A stretch of DNA of 64,000 nt from Octopus bimaculoides. Lineage: Eukaryota. This document shows positions 38,541-52,489 of the stretch, in pieces. The translations under genes were made by a program, and so were the position numbers. How positions within the stretch are numbered: position 1 is the stretch's first letter; each line of letters opens with the position of its first letter. The stretch spans positions 65,287,026 through 65,351,025 of the forward strand of contig NC_068991.1 in the NCBI RefSeq assembly GCF_001194135.2. Direction: 5' to 3'. The notes under the pieces were generated by a model, which saw nothing but the letters and a program-made list of their open reading frames with translations, searched no databases and was not told where the DNA came from.

Positions 38541-40799
38541 TTACAGTAAAATAAATTCTAGTGCTCACCTGCCCACTTACACACCTCTAAGTACCTGTTA
38601 TTATTAATCAGGATGTTAGCTTATGTAACACACATGAAATGGTACTCATTTCTAACAGTTAACTATAACTTTCTAACAGTGTGTATTTGTACATATAAAC
38701 ACAGAACGTTTGCAGTAGATTTGAACTAAAGATCCATGAGAGGGTATTCCTATACCACGTTTCCACAGGAAGAACTATTTCTCATGTCACTATCTAGACG
38801 TAGGTATATTCTGAAGTTTTCTGTTCATCACCATTTTTCCATGCTCACACAAGTCAGGTGGTATTTATTGAGACAGATTTTCTAAGGCTGGCTAGATATC
38901 TTTCCTGTCACCAACCTTTACCTCACTCCAAGCAGTGTAATATTTCCTAATGAATGGATATGTTTTCACAGGAGAATGAAAATGAAAGACAGCACTTGTG
39001 AGATGGCAATTTTTGTTTACTATTTTTGTATAATGTTAAGACAAGGAAATACAAACACATATACACATGTATATATTTAATACGTTTGAAGCAGCTTTAC
39101 ATGACAAAAACTTTTATGAGGGCATAAAACACATCATCACAACAAAAGAGCATCTGATAAGATAGTCATGTCCTATGTGTTCATGAAACTTTTAAGTCCT
39201 ATAGAGCTGAGTCAAACTGTTGTACAACTTTTTCATTTGTTGTGTGTGTGTGTGTGTTGTAGGCTTCTTTCAGTTTCCATCACAAAATCCATTCACAAGG
39301 CTTTGGTTGGGCCATGGCTACAGCAGATGACACTTGCCCAAGGTGCCATGCTGTGGGGCTGAACCTGAAATCATATGGTTGGGAAGCATGCTTCTTAACC
39401 ATGCAGTTATGCCATGTTAAGAAGTACTGATTTGCTGTTAAATGTTGAGCTCAAAATTCTTCCCTAAGCCACGAGAAAATATTTTTCAGTTCATCCTCTC
39501 TTTAGACTAGACATGGGTAACTGTTTTCATAAAGTGGCCCACATGAAACATGACTAAAATTATCAGGTGGGCTGCACTACTTAAATTCAAGGTAGTTTTT
39601 CATTAGACATGCCATTTAGAAAATCCCATGTGCTACAGTTTGCTCATGATAGCTTTAAACCAATAAAATTAATCATTGACTAATTTCAGATATGGTGGAA
39701 TAGCTTAGACCATCATTTAAGAATCCTCTCTCCTCACTTGCAGAAACTGTGATTGCTTGATTATTGTTACTTAGATATTTAGAAGATGCAGGGGTAGCTA
39801 GGAAGTGGTATGTTCTTCCCAAGTATTATTGATGTAACAGAGGCAGTTATTATGAAGAATGAAAGCTAGCTGCTGACTTGCTTCATCATGCTGCCACAGT
39901 GGTAACTAGTAGGCTACAACAATTAACATCAAGAACTCATCAGGTGTCAGTAGTGGACACTTCTCACTTGCAATGTTGCCTTCATAATGAAGGCCTTACT
40001 AAAATGAAACAAATTCCACACACACACTGGCTACAACTGAAGTAGCAGCAGAAAACTAATCTTCTAATAATGATTTCTTACATTTTGTAGGGACAAACCC
40101 ATTAAAATCAGCTTTGCCAGGTCTTGAATTTTAAGAGGGAAGGATCATCATTTAACGTACCTTTTTCCATGCTAGCATGGGTTGGATGATTTGACAGGAA
40201 CTGACAAGTGAGAGGGCTGCACTGAATTCCAGTGTCAGCTTTGGCATGATTTCTACAGCTGGCTGCCCCTTCCTAATGCCAACACTTTATTGGTTTTCAA
40301 AGTACCAGCACTAGGAAGTCATCAAGTACTCATAAGACAAGATCCCCTCAACTGAAAGAAGTACAGTACTGAAGGGTATGAGAGAATGCCTGAGGGATAA
40401 GACGAAATGCCTGGTTGAACAGGTGAATACATGAGTGAAAGAGAGAGAGAGAATACTAAATATTTATTGCAAGGCAATTTATGTGTTACTCTTTGGTTTC
40501 TGCTGCTCTGTTCTGATAGTTTTTCAACAACAGTACAATATCACAAAGCATATGATTGTCGTTTATCCTGCTAGAGGTGATTCAAAGTTGACCATGAATT
40601 TGTAGCATAGCTAGAAAATTTCCAGGCATTTGAAGTTTAACTGATTCTGATATCCACCTCCATTTCTTGATTATAATTTCTAAAATAGGCAGGTACCAGA
40701 TGACATTTTGGAGAAGGATTGGACCAACCTTGCAAGGATAAAAAAGATAAAGGTGACCCTGAAAGGATTTAAACTCATGGCAGAGCTAAATATTGCCAG

Positions 40800-41190
40800 A
40801 TGTTGCTGTGTGGTAAGGAATTTGCTTCCCAACCATATGGTTCTGGGTACCGCCACATTGTGTGGCATCTGGACAAGTGTCTCTTACACTAGCCCCAGGC
40901 CAACCAAAGCCTTGTGAGTAGAGTTGGAAGACAAACTGAAAGAAGCCTATCATATATATATGTATGTATTACTGTCTCCTTGCCTGCATGTGATAACTGT
41001 AAATATCACAATCATCCTTGTGGTGTCCTTTGTTCCCAATCTTCTGTGAAAAACATGTTTGATCATGGAGAATAGTACTTTACTTGAAAATCAGTGAGGG
41101 TTGGTGATAGGAAGGGCATTCAACTGCAGAAAATCGACCTCAACAGATTCCATCTGACCCATGCAAGCATGTAAATGTGGATGATAAATG
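40800..41190 (+). mobile_element. SINE family A with RTE-like tail
   Basis: Head, CORE-like block, microsatellite, tail ending gacccatgcaagcatgtaaatgtggatgataaatgat. Confidence 0.8.
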
Positions 41191-42102
41191 ATAAGGAATT
41201 TTGTCTGATGCTTTAATCTACTTGCTATTTGATAATGGCTTAATATAGGCCAATTCTGAGGAAGGTAGTCAGTCAGATCAACTCCAGCGCTTGGCCTGGT
41301 ATTTATAGAATTCACAACAGAAGGATGAAAAGCAAAGTTGACTTCTGTGGAATTTCTAAACACTGCACAAAATTACACCATATTCTGATTCTGAAGTCTT
41401 GATGATAACGATAGCTGTTTCTAATTTAAGCACAGTTAAAAATGAGACATCTTCTTAAGATCAACTCTGTTGTTTATGTTGATTTCGAAGTCGATAGAAA
41501 AACAAGAGTTGATCTTGGGGAGATTTGAACTTGGAGCACAAAGAGTCAGAGCAAAGAATAACAAAGAATAACATTGTTTTTTTGTAGTTTAATAATACAA
41601 TCTTTAAGAAAAGTCAAAAAAAAAGGAATGTAGTTAGAAATAGTTTTCTTCTGTCAAATGAAGAGAATATTACACAGCAGCTAGACCAGTATCTTCCACT
41701 GGCCTGTTCATTGTCCCTTAGGGTGAGACAGCGAACAGGTAAGTTTGTCTGGTTAGTAAAAAATGTATGGTGAACATAACAGAACAAAGATCATATCTCC
41801 AGATAAACAGTATTTAAAAAACAACAATTACTATAATGAATGATTTCTAACAGAGGCACAAGGCCACATTTTTTGGTGGGGAAAGGATCAGTTGATTAAA
41901 TAAACTCATGTACTTGACTGGTATTTGTTAAATTGATCCTGAATGGATGAAATGCAAAGTTGATATCGGCAGCATTCAAACTCGGAGAGAAAAGAGATGT
42001 AAGTTAACATCACAAATCATCTTTTTTCTGTTGCTCTACTAATTCTGCTATCCACCATCTCAAACAACTATAAATTCTCCCGCCAATCACATTCTACCAG
42101 CT

Positions 42103-42135
<33 letters not shown>

Positions 42136-42627
42136 AATTGGACAATGTACCCTAGATATAGAAAACGAACAGGATAGCCATAAATAGAATGTTTTTGACC
42201 ATAGGACTGCCTGATCAGTAAGGACCTAGGGTTAAACAACAACAACTGATGATAATAAAAATACAAATATTCTCAATAAGTTAAGATATGAAAATCTCCA
42301 ACAATGTAAAGTAGAAAAATGATTACAACAAATTTGTGTTTAAAATGTCTCTAACCACTGACCAAGTGAAAGGTAAATGGTTTGTCAGCTTATTGTGGAG
42401 AGTGACTGATGGAAAACAGGTGAAATACAACTTCCCATTACTTCAAGGAAGTTCTGTGATTTTCTTTGCAAGATCATTCTGTATAATTAGTAAAGTGACA
42501 GGGTGACTAAACAAGAACAACATTTTATATTCCTAGAACATGCAATGTTATTTTTCACAAACACATACATATATCTGATACTGTGTCATCAACATGTATG
42601 AATGTACAAGACACACAAAAACAGACA

Positions 42628-42715
42628 TTAAAGTTCTTCTTTAGTTTTGTCAATCCACTTCTTCATTGAGTGAATATCTTTGTTAATTTCCTTGGTGTCA
42701 TGGAATGGCAATGCA
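42628..42715 (-). CDS. HRC: HRC-like protein, terminal coding exon 5 (S-ALPFHDTKEINKDIHSMKKWIDKTKEEL*)
   Basis: Strong acceptor cttttttttttccAG, phase 2 fits exon 4; stop TAA at 42630-42628; ends in KEEL. Total CDS 438 nt = 145 aa + stop. Confidence 0.88.
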
Positions 42716-44686
42716 CTGGAAAAAAAAAAGAGAGAAAAAATATTGATAATTTCAGTTTATATGTATTTTTTTTTCAACCATGGAATAACTTAATAAACTT
42801 TTGGATAATTTTCAACTATTGAAAAAAAAAAAAAATTAAAAACTGCTTTACTATTAGCTTCATATAACAACCAAGTCTCCCTCCAATCACAGCCTCCTCT
42901 CTAGGAATAATTCAGCACTTTGAAAGAACTATGGTAGATAAAAACATTTTAAGATTAACTAACTTTCACTTTACAAAAGAAAACCTGAATGGTATTTCAC
43001 TATCTCAGCAAGCTAAATTATAGCTTGTTGCAAATTTTAGGGAAAGAAACATTATCATCATCATTTAACATCCATTTCCTATGCTGGCTAGCCAGAGGAC
43101 TGTACCAAACTGTTCATTTTTACATAGCTTCTACAGCTGGATGCCCTGTCAAACACCAACCACTTAACAGTGTGTTCTGGGTGCTTTTTACATGGTTGTG
43201 GCACTAGACAAGATCCCCTCAGCTGAGATGGGGAGTAGTATTGAGGAAGATAGTTTTTACGCCTGATAATTAGAGGCTAATCAATTCCTCTTTATATTTG
43301 ATAAGTACATTTGACAACAGTAAGATGTGAACTCAGATTAATATGGCAAGAACCTGACTCAACTCTGATTGGTTATGTTCATACAAAGCCAGAAATTTTA
43401 GAGGAATGAGTCTAATCAACAAACTAACTCCAGTACATGACTAGGTAGTTTCTCCAACTTTCTGTCAAGTTGTCTGTCTTCTGTTGTGCATACGAGTAAA
43501 TAGTACAGATGGCAGTGTGTATAGGATATCAGTAACAAAGAATAATGCCCCATAATGGAGTGTGAATGAACTGCAACTCATCATCCTCATAATCATCTAT
43601 TAATGTCCATGTTGGCATGGGTCGACATGATCTAACATGTCTGAGAACAACATCTTGCTCTAATGTCTGCTATGGTATGGTTTCTATGACTGGATGCCTT
43701 TCGTAATATCAACCACTCAACAGACTGTAGGTGTTTATTTTTCATAGCACCAACACTTGTGAGGTCACCATGCATCTTGCAACATTAAGATACCCCTTGA
43801 CTGTGTGAGACTACAATAGAGGAAGGCGGCTTTGAATCAGGAGATGAGAGGTTTAGGTATGAAAGAAGGGACCAGAACAGAGCAGGTTCCTTGCTTTAGA
43901 GGAGCTACATGGCTAAAATAATAAACTTGAAGCAACAAATACTTCTTGGCTTTCTAAGAAAATCTATATCTCATTGAAGCACTCACTGTTGGAAAATGTT
44001 ATGAAATTAAGGTTCCCAGGTGAGGTCAGTGAAGATGATCTCTGAGGATCTATTTTCAGGTTTATGATTTGTTCCACTGTCCCTTGTAGTAAATATGTAA
44101 TGATTGAGTTAATGCCATTAAACATTGAGACCCTATGAAATAATGATAAAAAAAATAACAGCAAAAAACGTATGTAAACCCTGCCCGAGTTAGCTATGAA
44201 TCAGCAATCCTATGGCATACAAGTAGGCCCAAGCCACAGAACTCTTTCAGATATATTATGCCTTTACCTAACGAAAGAAAATACTGTGCACTCTGGATAT
44301 TATTCAATTTATTTTTGTATGCTTGTCAATTGTGATGATAACCAGAGTGGAGGTGGGCAAGGTGAACTCAGATTGTAGTAGTTTGTTTTAATATAAATCT
44401 TTAACTGTTAAGAGCAATGAATATCTGGTACAAGTGCTGGTGTAAAGATTTAAGGAAAAGAATGTGGTATAGTGCTATAGTGGGGTGGCTGAATGGGTCA
44501 CAGTTAACATAAATGAATAAATCAGAAATGCTCTGAATTCATCAGGAGTAAAAAAAAAAATTTTAAAAAACAAATAGTGAAAGTAAGACAAAATACTCTT
44601 ATGTATTACTCTAAAAAGAGGGAGCAGGTGGTGCCACCACTTAACAATTTGTGTTCATTAAAATAAATTAAATGCGAAATATTTAC

Positions 44687-44723
44687 CTGATGATGGCAGC
44701 TGATACTTTATCAACATATCCAC
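44687..44723 (-). CDS. HRC: HRC-like protein, coding exon 4 (G-GYVDKVSAAII-S)
   Basis: Acceptor gtatttttctcAG, donor ATCAG|GTAAAT, 37 nt, phase 1/2; PGGYVD corresponds to PGSYVD in HRC. Not in the ORF track. Confidence 0.88.
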
Positions 44724-44912
44724 CTGAGAAAAATACAGAAATGATATCAGTAAAAATATATAAGATTAGGATTATATTATTTCTTTATACATTTATATTG
44801 GCTTCAAATTTTGGCACAAAGCCAGCAATTTCAGGGGAGGGGGTAAGTTGATTATATCGACCCCAGTGCTCAACTAGTATTTATTTTACTGACCCTTTAA
44901 TGCATCCACTTG

Positions 44913-45119
44913 TTACAAGGTCCTTAGACCACTGAAATCGTAAGAGCTACTAGAATAAAATGGACGATAGACAGAAGTCAATAGGTGATAATGTACATTG
45001 GACCTTAAAAACTGGAGGTCATACTGAAAACAAGACTGTGGAAGGGAATTCCAAAGTTCAGAGGTGTGAGGGAAGAAATTGGTGCTGTAAAGTGCTTTAC
45101 AACACTTAGGAGGTAGCAC
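44913..45119 (-). mobile_element. CR1/Jockey-like LINE 3'-end remnant (intron 3)
   Basis: Peptide YSTNFFPHTSELWNSLPQSCFQYDLQFLRSNV matches the C-terminal FFPRTxxxWNSLP motif of CR1/Jockey-group ORF2. Confidence 0.72.
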
Positions 45120-45144
45120 AGTATACCTTATACAGTTATATTAA

Positions 45145-45365
45145 CCCTTTAGCATTTAAACCAGCCATATCCGGCCAAAAGTATTCTGCCTGTTTTATGT
45201 TCAAACTGGCCAGATCTGGTCTCTCATGCCAACCCTACAATGTTGTTTTAAAAATTAACAGCTACCTCATCGAAATCTCATTGCTACAAGATAATGTATG
45301 ATTAGTTCAAAACAATGTAGATGAAAAAGCATTAATTTTGGCAGAATAATGCAAACACTAAAGGG
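45145..45365 (+). mobile_element. piggyBac-type MITE, family CCCTTTAGCATT
   Basis: TTAA at 45141-45144 and 45366-45369. Confidence 0.9.
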
Positions 45366-46454
45366 TTAAAAGCTATTTCCATCAGTACTAATATATAAGA
45401 CTAAGATTACAATGTTATTCCTTCATATATTTATAACTGAAAATTACAATCAGTGAGCATCATTTCCAATAAAGGAAGTCATCAACTATTGACATGAAAC
45501 TTAATTCTCAGCTCAGTAGAAATCCAGTTTATCTCTATTTGTATTGGCAATGAATTGAACGAACAAGCTAATTTCAGCATTTCAAGGAAAGAATTCACAG
45601 TTGAACGCACTTCAGCAAACACCAGCCATGGAGCCATTAAGTCAAGCTGGTATTATTACATAGACTATCATGTTAGCAGAATAAGATAATTTCTTTAAAT
45701 CTACAAAATATCATTTCACATTCCAAGGAGACACATATCTGACAATCTTAACCATTTAGTCTGGAATATAATTATCTTACAGCATATTTTGAGATAATTA
45801 AGTTTGATTAATGTTAATTTTGAACTTGTCCAGGCAAGATTTTCAAGAAGCTACAGGATATTACTACTTCATCTTTTGTAAAGTTATAAAGATTACATGT
45901 AGTAATCTAGCAACAAGTGAATTAGACAAAAGTTATTATGAAAAAGCAATCAAAATAATTATGACTTTTATAATAGAACATCTTTCTTTCTGTCAACATC
46001 TCATCAAACAATAGAATGGTTTATATTTATCTCGGATTAAAGCAGCAGGCAAAGTAAAAATTACATGTTTAAAATTTCTTATCATCAAAAATTTCAAGTA
46101 CTTATACAATCTTATGTTAAATGTGCACATTTGTTCCATAATGGTCAATTACTTATTACAAGGTACAATAGAACTTCAGCTTACTTAAGTTATTAAGACA
46201 TATACTCAATAAAAACATTACTTATATCCCATCAGTATTATAAGTAGGAGTACTAGACAGTGAGTGTTCTATATTAGTATGTTGGGCTCAAATCTTCCCC
46301 TGGATCACAGAGATATCATTCATCTCACTTGAAGCTTTTTTTTATATATTTTCCTTGAGCCCATAGGACTCATAAGGCTGGTTGTTCAGTTTCCATGATG
46401 TATAAATGACTGAGATCACAACATCCCCCTTGATTAGGATGCAGATCTTTTGCA

Positions 46455-46660
46455 GGGTGCAAGGCCAGCAATTTTGAAGGAAAGGGACAAATTAATTACA
46501 TCAACTCCAGTACTTGACTGGTACTATATTTCATTGACCCTGAAAAGAGGAAAGGCAAAGCTGACCATGGCAAGATTTGAACTCAGAACTTAAAGAGCTG
46601 GAAGAAGTATCACTAAGTACTTTGTCTGATATGCTAACAATTTTGCCAGATTGCTGACTT
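46455..46660 (-). mobile_element. SINE family B, diverged
   Basis: Reverse complement of the family B body and head. Confidence 0.72.
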
Positions 46661-46986
46661 AATTGTTGTATCTAAGACATCAAAAATATTTTGAAGATTC
46701 TAATTTAACATCATGCCAAAGATTTGGTCATTCAGAATATGGAATATACAATATTGATTTCTAGCAGTGACACAAGGCCTGAGCTTTTTAGAAAAGACAC
46801 TCGATGGAAGTGACCCCGATATATTACTGTACATCAACTTATGGTTAACTTTATCATCATCAGAACAGACAAAAAAACATAGTGATGGCCTTCGTTTCTG
46901 AAAGGCTGTCAATATTAATTAAGAAAACTTTTAATAAACCACCCTTAATTGTTATACTTCAGAATGAAAAGTTGAAAATATCTTAC

Positions 46987-47041
46987 CAGGTTTACAGAAG
47001 GTGTCACAGACAGCTGAACAAAGATAGCAGTATTTACAATA
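46987..47041 (-). CDS. HRC: HRC-like protein, coding exon 3 (YCKYCYLCSAVCDTFCKP-G)
   Basis: Acceptor (T)n-acctttcAG, donor CCTG|GTAAGA, 55 nt, phase 0/1; matches the HRC C-terminal motif CQFCYLCPLVCETVCAPG. Not in the ORF track. Confidence 0.92.
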
Positions 47042-47059
47042 CTGAAAGGTAAAAAAAAA

Positions 47060-47069
47060 NNNNNNNNNN
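47060..47069. other. Assembly gap within the poly-pyrimidine tract upstream of exon 3
   Basis: 10 N inside an A run. Confidence 1.
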
Positions 47070-47538
47070 AAAAAAAAAAAAAAAAAGAATCATTATTACA
47101 TCAATTTTCACCATACAACAGCACCATCTTAATTCTTTCTACTATAGACACAAGGCCTGGAATTCTTGGGGATGGGGCTAGTCGATTACTGGTACTCAAA
47201 TTGATCAATACTAGCACTGATATATTAAAGTTAGAGATTTTATTTTAAAAAATCTTGATTCTGTTGAAAACAAAGGCAGTCTATTCATTAGAAATATAAA
47301 ATCTACATGAGTTAAGACCATTCTTCATACCAGACTTTGCAGCAACTATAGAGTCTCTCCAGACTTCTAAAAGTGATCAAACTCAACTGATTACACCAGT
47401 CTGATTTATGTTCAACAATTCTATTTGGATATTTGTTCCAGCTTTAAGCCACTATTTTGAATGAAAATCAAAATACAACACATTAATTTTACACTTGAAG
47501 TAAAATCTGGTGGTATTAATAGAAACTGATTTACTTAC

Positions 47539-47610
47539 TTTACACATTTCGCAATTGGGTTTCTGAGGAGACACTGAACAGGGACAGTCTTTATCACAGA
47601 GGGTGCAGAA
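47539..47610 (-). CDS. HRC: HRC-like protein, coding exon 2 (FCTLCDKDCPCSVSPQKPNCEMCK)
   Basis: Acceptor ctgttttcAG, donor AAA|GTAAGT, 72 nt, phase 0/0; continues the CxxC periodicity of exon 1. Confidence 0.92.
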
Positions 47611-47783
47611 CTGAAAACAGAAATATAATTGAGATTTTATTTCATTTCTCACAGCTAAGATAATACAAAAATTCTGTTTTTAAGTTTTTACTTACTGGAT
47701 GAAACATAGTTCATACAGTAAAGTGGTTTACTATCAGCAATACTGAATACAAAGATTTTGATTAAAATGTAGTGAACTGATAT

Positions 47784-48168
47784 GTTGTTGGCACTCCATC
47801 GCTTACAACGTCGAGGGTTCCAGTTGATCCGATCAACGAAACAGCCTGCTCGTGAAATTAATGTGCAAGTGGCTGAGCACTCCACAGACACATGTACCCT
47901 TAACATAGTTCTTGGGGATATTCAACGTGATACAGTGTGACAAGGCTGACCCTTTGAATTACAGGTACAACAGAAACAGGAAGTAAAAGTGAGAGAAAGT
48001 TGTGGTGGAAGAGTGCAGCAGGGTTCGCCACCATCCCCTGCTGGAGCCTCGTGGAGCTTTTAGGTGTTTTCGCTCAATAAACACTCACAACGCCCGGTCT
48101 GGGAATCGAAACCGCGATCCTATGATCGCGAGTCCGCTGCCCTAACCACTGGGCCATTGCGCCTGCAC
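47784..48168 (-). mobile_element. Young SINE family C in intron 1
   Basis: Perfect 13-bp TSD AGTGAACTGATAT (47771-47783, 48169-48181); short (AAC) tail. Confidence 0.93.
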
Positions 48169-50852
48169 AGTGAACTGATATAAGTCAATATAAAAACAAT
48201 TTTTGTTTGTCTAGGCACAGGGCCAGTAACAGAAAGTGCAAAATATTTCATTGAGAAATTTTGTGAATGGTCCTTCTAAGCTTACAACTGACATTTGTAG
48301 AAGGGAAATTAATGAGGTTGGTGTAAGCAAAGTTATGTTTACAGTGAATCCAGTGAGAAATATATATGTTGTTTAACCCTTAAGTATTACTGTTTCAAAC
48401 ATAATGCTTATGTATTCATATTATTTTGAATTAATCATGTATTACTTCAAAGCTTTCAGATTTTGATGATGAGATTGTTTATTTTCCAAATGACTTTGTA
48501 GGGTAGGTGTGACAGGCCAGATATAACAATTTTGAAGATAAAACAAGTAGAATATTTTGGCTGGATATGGCTGGTTTAAATGCCAAAGGGTTAAGGAGGT
48601 GTTTGTGAAGGTTGTTCTCTGTTCTATTCATTGCAGTCCTTGAAACTATGGCAGAGGAATTCAAGACTGGCCATTTTGGGAAATGTCTGTATACTTATAA
48701 CTTTATACTGAAAGCAGTCAAAATGTTGCATAAAAAGTTCCCTACCCAGAAGAATGACCTAATATTTAAAGGTCAACATGAGAAAAACCAAAGAAACTCA
48801 AAACATTCATGCAACATGTGAAGTGGTCATATTTTATGTTAGGACTTTGAATATACCAAACTGCTGTGAGATTTCTACCAAACTAATAATAATAATAACA
48901 ATTTTTTTTAAAAACCCAGGATTTCAGATGTGATGGATATACAAGAGTCACTTGTTGGTGCACTTGTGAATTGAAGTTCATACATTAGTGGATATAGCAA
49001 AAGGATAGTATACTAGAGTAAGAAGAAAAAAGTCTCTTTTCCTCTATTGGCAACAAACTTGCTTTTTTCATGCAGAAGATTATATGATTCATTTAAAAAG
49101 CATTGATAACATGGAGTTGAGATACAGATAGCAAGTGTGGAAGATATATGGAATCGGGGGGATAAAAAAAAAAATGAAGGAACCAGCATGAAAGGTGGTG
49201 TACGAATGGGCTGATAGAGTGCTTAAGTATTAGATATAAGTTGATGTATACAAGTGAGACAATTATTCTGATGATAGACGTGATGTGAATAGGTAATGAA
49301 TATTCAATAAAAAAACGTGCTATGAGCTCTCTAAAGAGGACACTAATGTCATAGGAAAACTGAATAAATAGTAAAATTCGATCTGAGGATGCTGCATCAT
49401 AGGATTAGGTGACAAAAATTAGGTCATGTAATGATGTTGTATGTATGGCAGGCACATCCATCAATTACTAGATGATAAAATGATGAACATTAATTTGATG
49501 ATTATAAGAATTATCTATACTAATAATTGAGAAAGCTGCTTATTAATTAGGTATGTAACAATTACTAAAAGTACTAAAAGAAAGCAATTATTAAGGGTTG
49601 ACTGTCTGGAAATATTTTTATAAATTCATTTTCTAAGATATTTCCTACAATTTCAATTTTTCAAGTTTATTGAATTTTTTTAATTTTAATTTCTTGCAAA
49701 TTTGAATATTCATTGCATCCACTGTATCCAATTCTTCACAAATTTAAATATTCATTGCATTCACTGCGGAGTATTCCATTTTCATTTGCAAAATCTCTCA
49801 CTTTATTTTCTAAGTTTTAATTCGCTATTTGGAAAACCAAGAGTTTATTCTATTAATGTATACGTAATGTAAAAACATTATTTATTGAATGAAAATTTTT
49901 TTAAATACCTGTATAATTTTTGAGCGCAGGATAGCTGAGAGAAGAGCCTAGAAAGTTGGGTAATTACTATTTGAAGACGAGGAGAAAAAACAAAAAGTTA
50001 CTGACAAGTACTTGAAACTTGTGCCTTATTTACAGTTTCCAGACACTCTCTACCACTAAGCTAATGTATACACAAACAAGTTGCATCATTTCAAAGGCTG
50101 TGGTTTAAAAAAAATGGGGAAAATCCCCACCAAAATTCTTTATAATTGTAATCTATGCCATTTGAAATGGATTTGTATAAATTTTCATTAAAAGATACCT
50201 GTCTTCCAGAAAGTTATGAGGGAAAAAAAAGTCAGATTGTCTGAATTTTCCGAAACTCCTCTCTCCACCTCCTCAGAAAATTCTTTCCCATAAATCCCTA
50301 TATACTCTGAAGCCATAACATCTAAGCAGTGTTTGTAGAAAATTTTGTTAAAAAGTATCCATTTTTCTGGATGTTATGAGGCAACAAAGTCAGAGGCATA
50401 TACATCTGTAGTAATGCCCTTTTATTTATACGATTTTTTCATTTCATGCTTAACTATGTTTTAATATACAAAAGAAATAGAAGACATCTATGAAAAATTT
50501 CAAATTTTCAAGTACATTGAATTTTTCTTTCCATTACAGTATTTAATCAACTAAAGGCAGGATATTTCAACCAAACAAATATGGTAACAGGAGGGTTGAA
50601 TTGTGAATCACAAGAAACTAGAACTGAATTATTTCCATCAAAATAGTAATGTTCTCTGCTTTAACAAGTATACTACGTTGAGGATAAATATAGGTTATTT
50701 AAGTACACTGATTTAAAAAGTGTTTTTAGTTGCTCATTAGAAACCAATCACAAATTGCCATTTCATAGATTTATACACTGCTTCAAAGTTTGCTTGATGC
50801 AATAGTTTCTTAGGTCTGATCTCATTGAAAACAACTGCTCCAGTCAGTTTAA

Positions 50853-51074
50853 CCCTTTAGTGTTCAGATTACTCTGTTAAATGTAATACTTTTTCACTCA
50901 AATTGTTTTGAATTAATCATGCATTATCTTATAATGCGTTGAGGTTTCAATAATGTGATTGTTTATTTTTAGAATGTCAATGTAGGTTAGGTGTGAGAGG
51001 TAGATATCGCCAGTTTGAATATAAAACATGTAGAATATATTGGGGCGGATATGGCCGAATTAAACACTAAAGGG
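50853..51074 (-). mobile_element. piggyBac-type MITE, family CCCTTTAGCATT
   Basis: TTAA on both flanks; reverse orientation relative to 24032-24249. A partial copy lies at ~48400-48594. Confidence 0.88.
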
Positions 51075-51744
51075 TTAATGTTGGCTCTGCATATTCAGCT
51101 CCATTATTCAGTGGATAGGAACTGTCATTTGAATCAACTGCCTTACATTTAATCTATTGACCTCAAAGAGTAAAGTTGATCAAAAGATTTTAAGCCAGAT
51201 GCTAAGAAATAAAACTGAATATTCTTAGCTATTATTCTAGCCCCAAGCCAGCCCTGAGTGAGCAGACTATGATCAAAGGCATTTCAACTGTGACCATATT
51301 GTCTTTTATGTAGATCTTATTAAACTTTTCAAAGGATCCTTTTCACAAAAGTATGGCATAAATGAAAGAGAATTGACTACTGTTTCTAGCAGGCTGAGGG
51401 ACTGTATAGAGAGAGTTCTCCTATTAGTTCAAAATTTTGATTCAGCCTGATAGCTACCTTAAAGGTATACATATCTGTTGACAGTTCGACCTTACATATT
51501 ACACATTGATCTGAAGAGCAGATTGTTCAGTTGGTTGAACAACTGAAAATTCATTGTCAAAACTAACAGATCCATTAAATATGAAAATATTAATATTTGA
51601 AAGACAACCCTCACAAACAGATACTGAGAGATATACATCAGAACTTGAAAATAAACTCTTTGTAGTAATTCTAAGTCATATCATTGCCATCAAACAACAA
51701 CACTTAGATTAATAAAGTATCTTCTCACAGAAATTTTTCATCTT

Positions 51745-52080
51745 TTACTCGTTTTAGTTGACTGCTGTCATGCTTCAGTCATGCCTTGAAGAATTTTAGT
51801 CAAACAAATTGACTTCAGCGCTTATATTTTTCTAAGCCTAGTACTTATCCTCTCGGTCTGTTTTGCTGAACTGCTAAGCTATGGGGATGTAAACACACCA
51901 GCACCAGTTGGTAGTGGGGAATAAACAGACAAACACACACAAGACAGGCTTCTTTCAGTTTCTGTAACTCAAATCCATTCGCAAGGCTTTGATCAGCCCA
52001 AGGCTATGGTAGAAGACACTTGCCCAAGGTGCCAGAACCATGTGGTTGGCAAGCAAACTTCTTACCACACAGCCATGGCA
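51745..52080 (-). mobile_element. SINE family A
   Basis: Reverse-orientation tail, body and head. Confidence 0.82.
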
Positions 52081-52489
52081 GCACCTATAATACTCTAAAA
52101 CTTGTTTCAATTTTAAAGCTGCAGTCATGCTGGAGCACCACCATTAAACGCTGGTGTTTCTTTCATTTATTAATTAGCATTACAATTAGGGTGGAATGAA
52201 TCTATAAATTACAATTGCTTGTTTATGAATTGTCAGACCAAGCACTTCTTACAGTTTGATCACTGAGCTTCGTGATACTTAGTCAATTGTAAAGTAGCAC
52301 TGGTTTCCAATTTTATCAGGAAAGGTGAAACAAATAATACTTCACCCCAAAATATAGAAATACAAGGTTAAACTGCAACTTTGTTTTGTTTTCTTTTCCT
52401 TTTGTAGTTTACTCTGTACCTTCTTGCATTGTTCCAGCCTTATGCAACAACATTCTTTAAAATAATACAACTATATAGCTGCAGAGTCT

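Noticed and set aside
41721-41743. Strong plus-strand donor CAG|GTAAGT after a possible 17-nt micro-exon
   Set aside because: No linkable upstream or downstream exon; lies just downstream of the HRC-like stop on the opposite strand.
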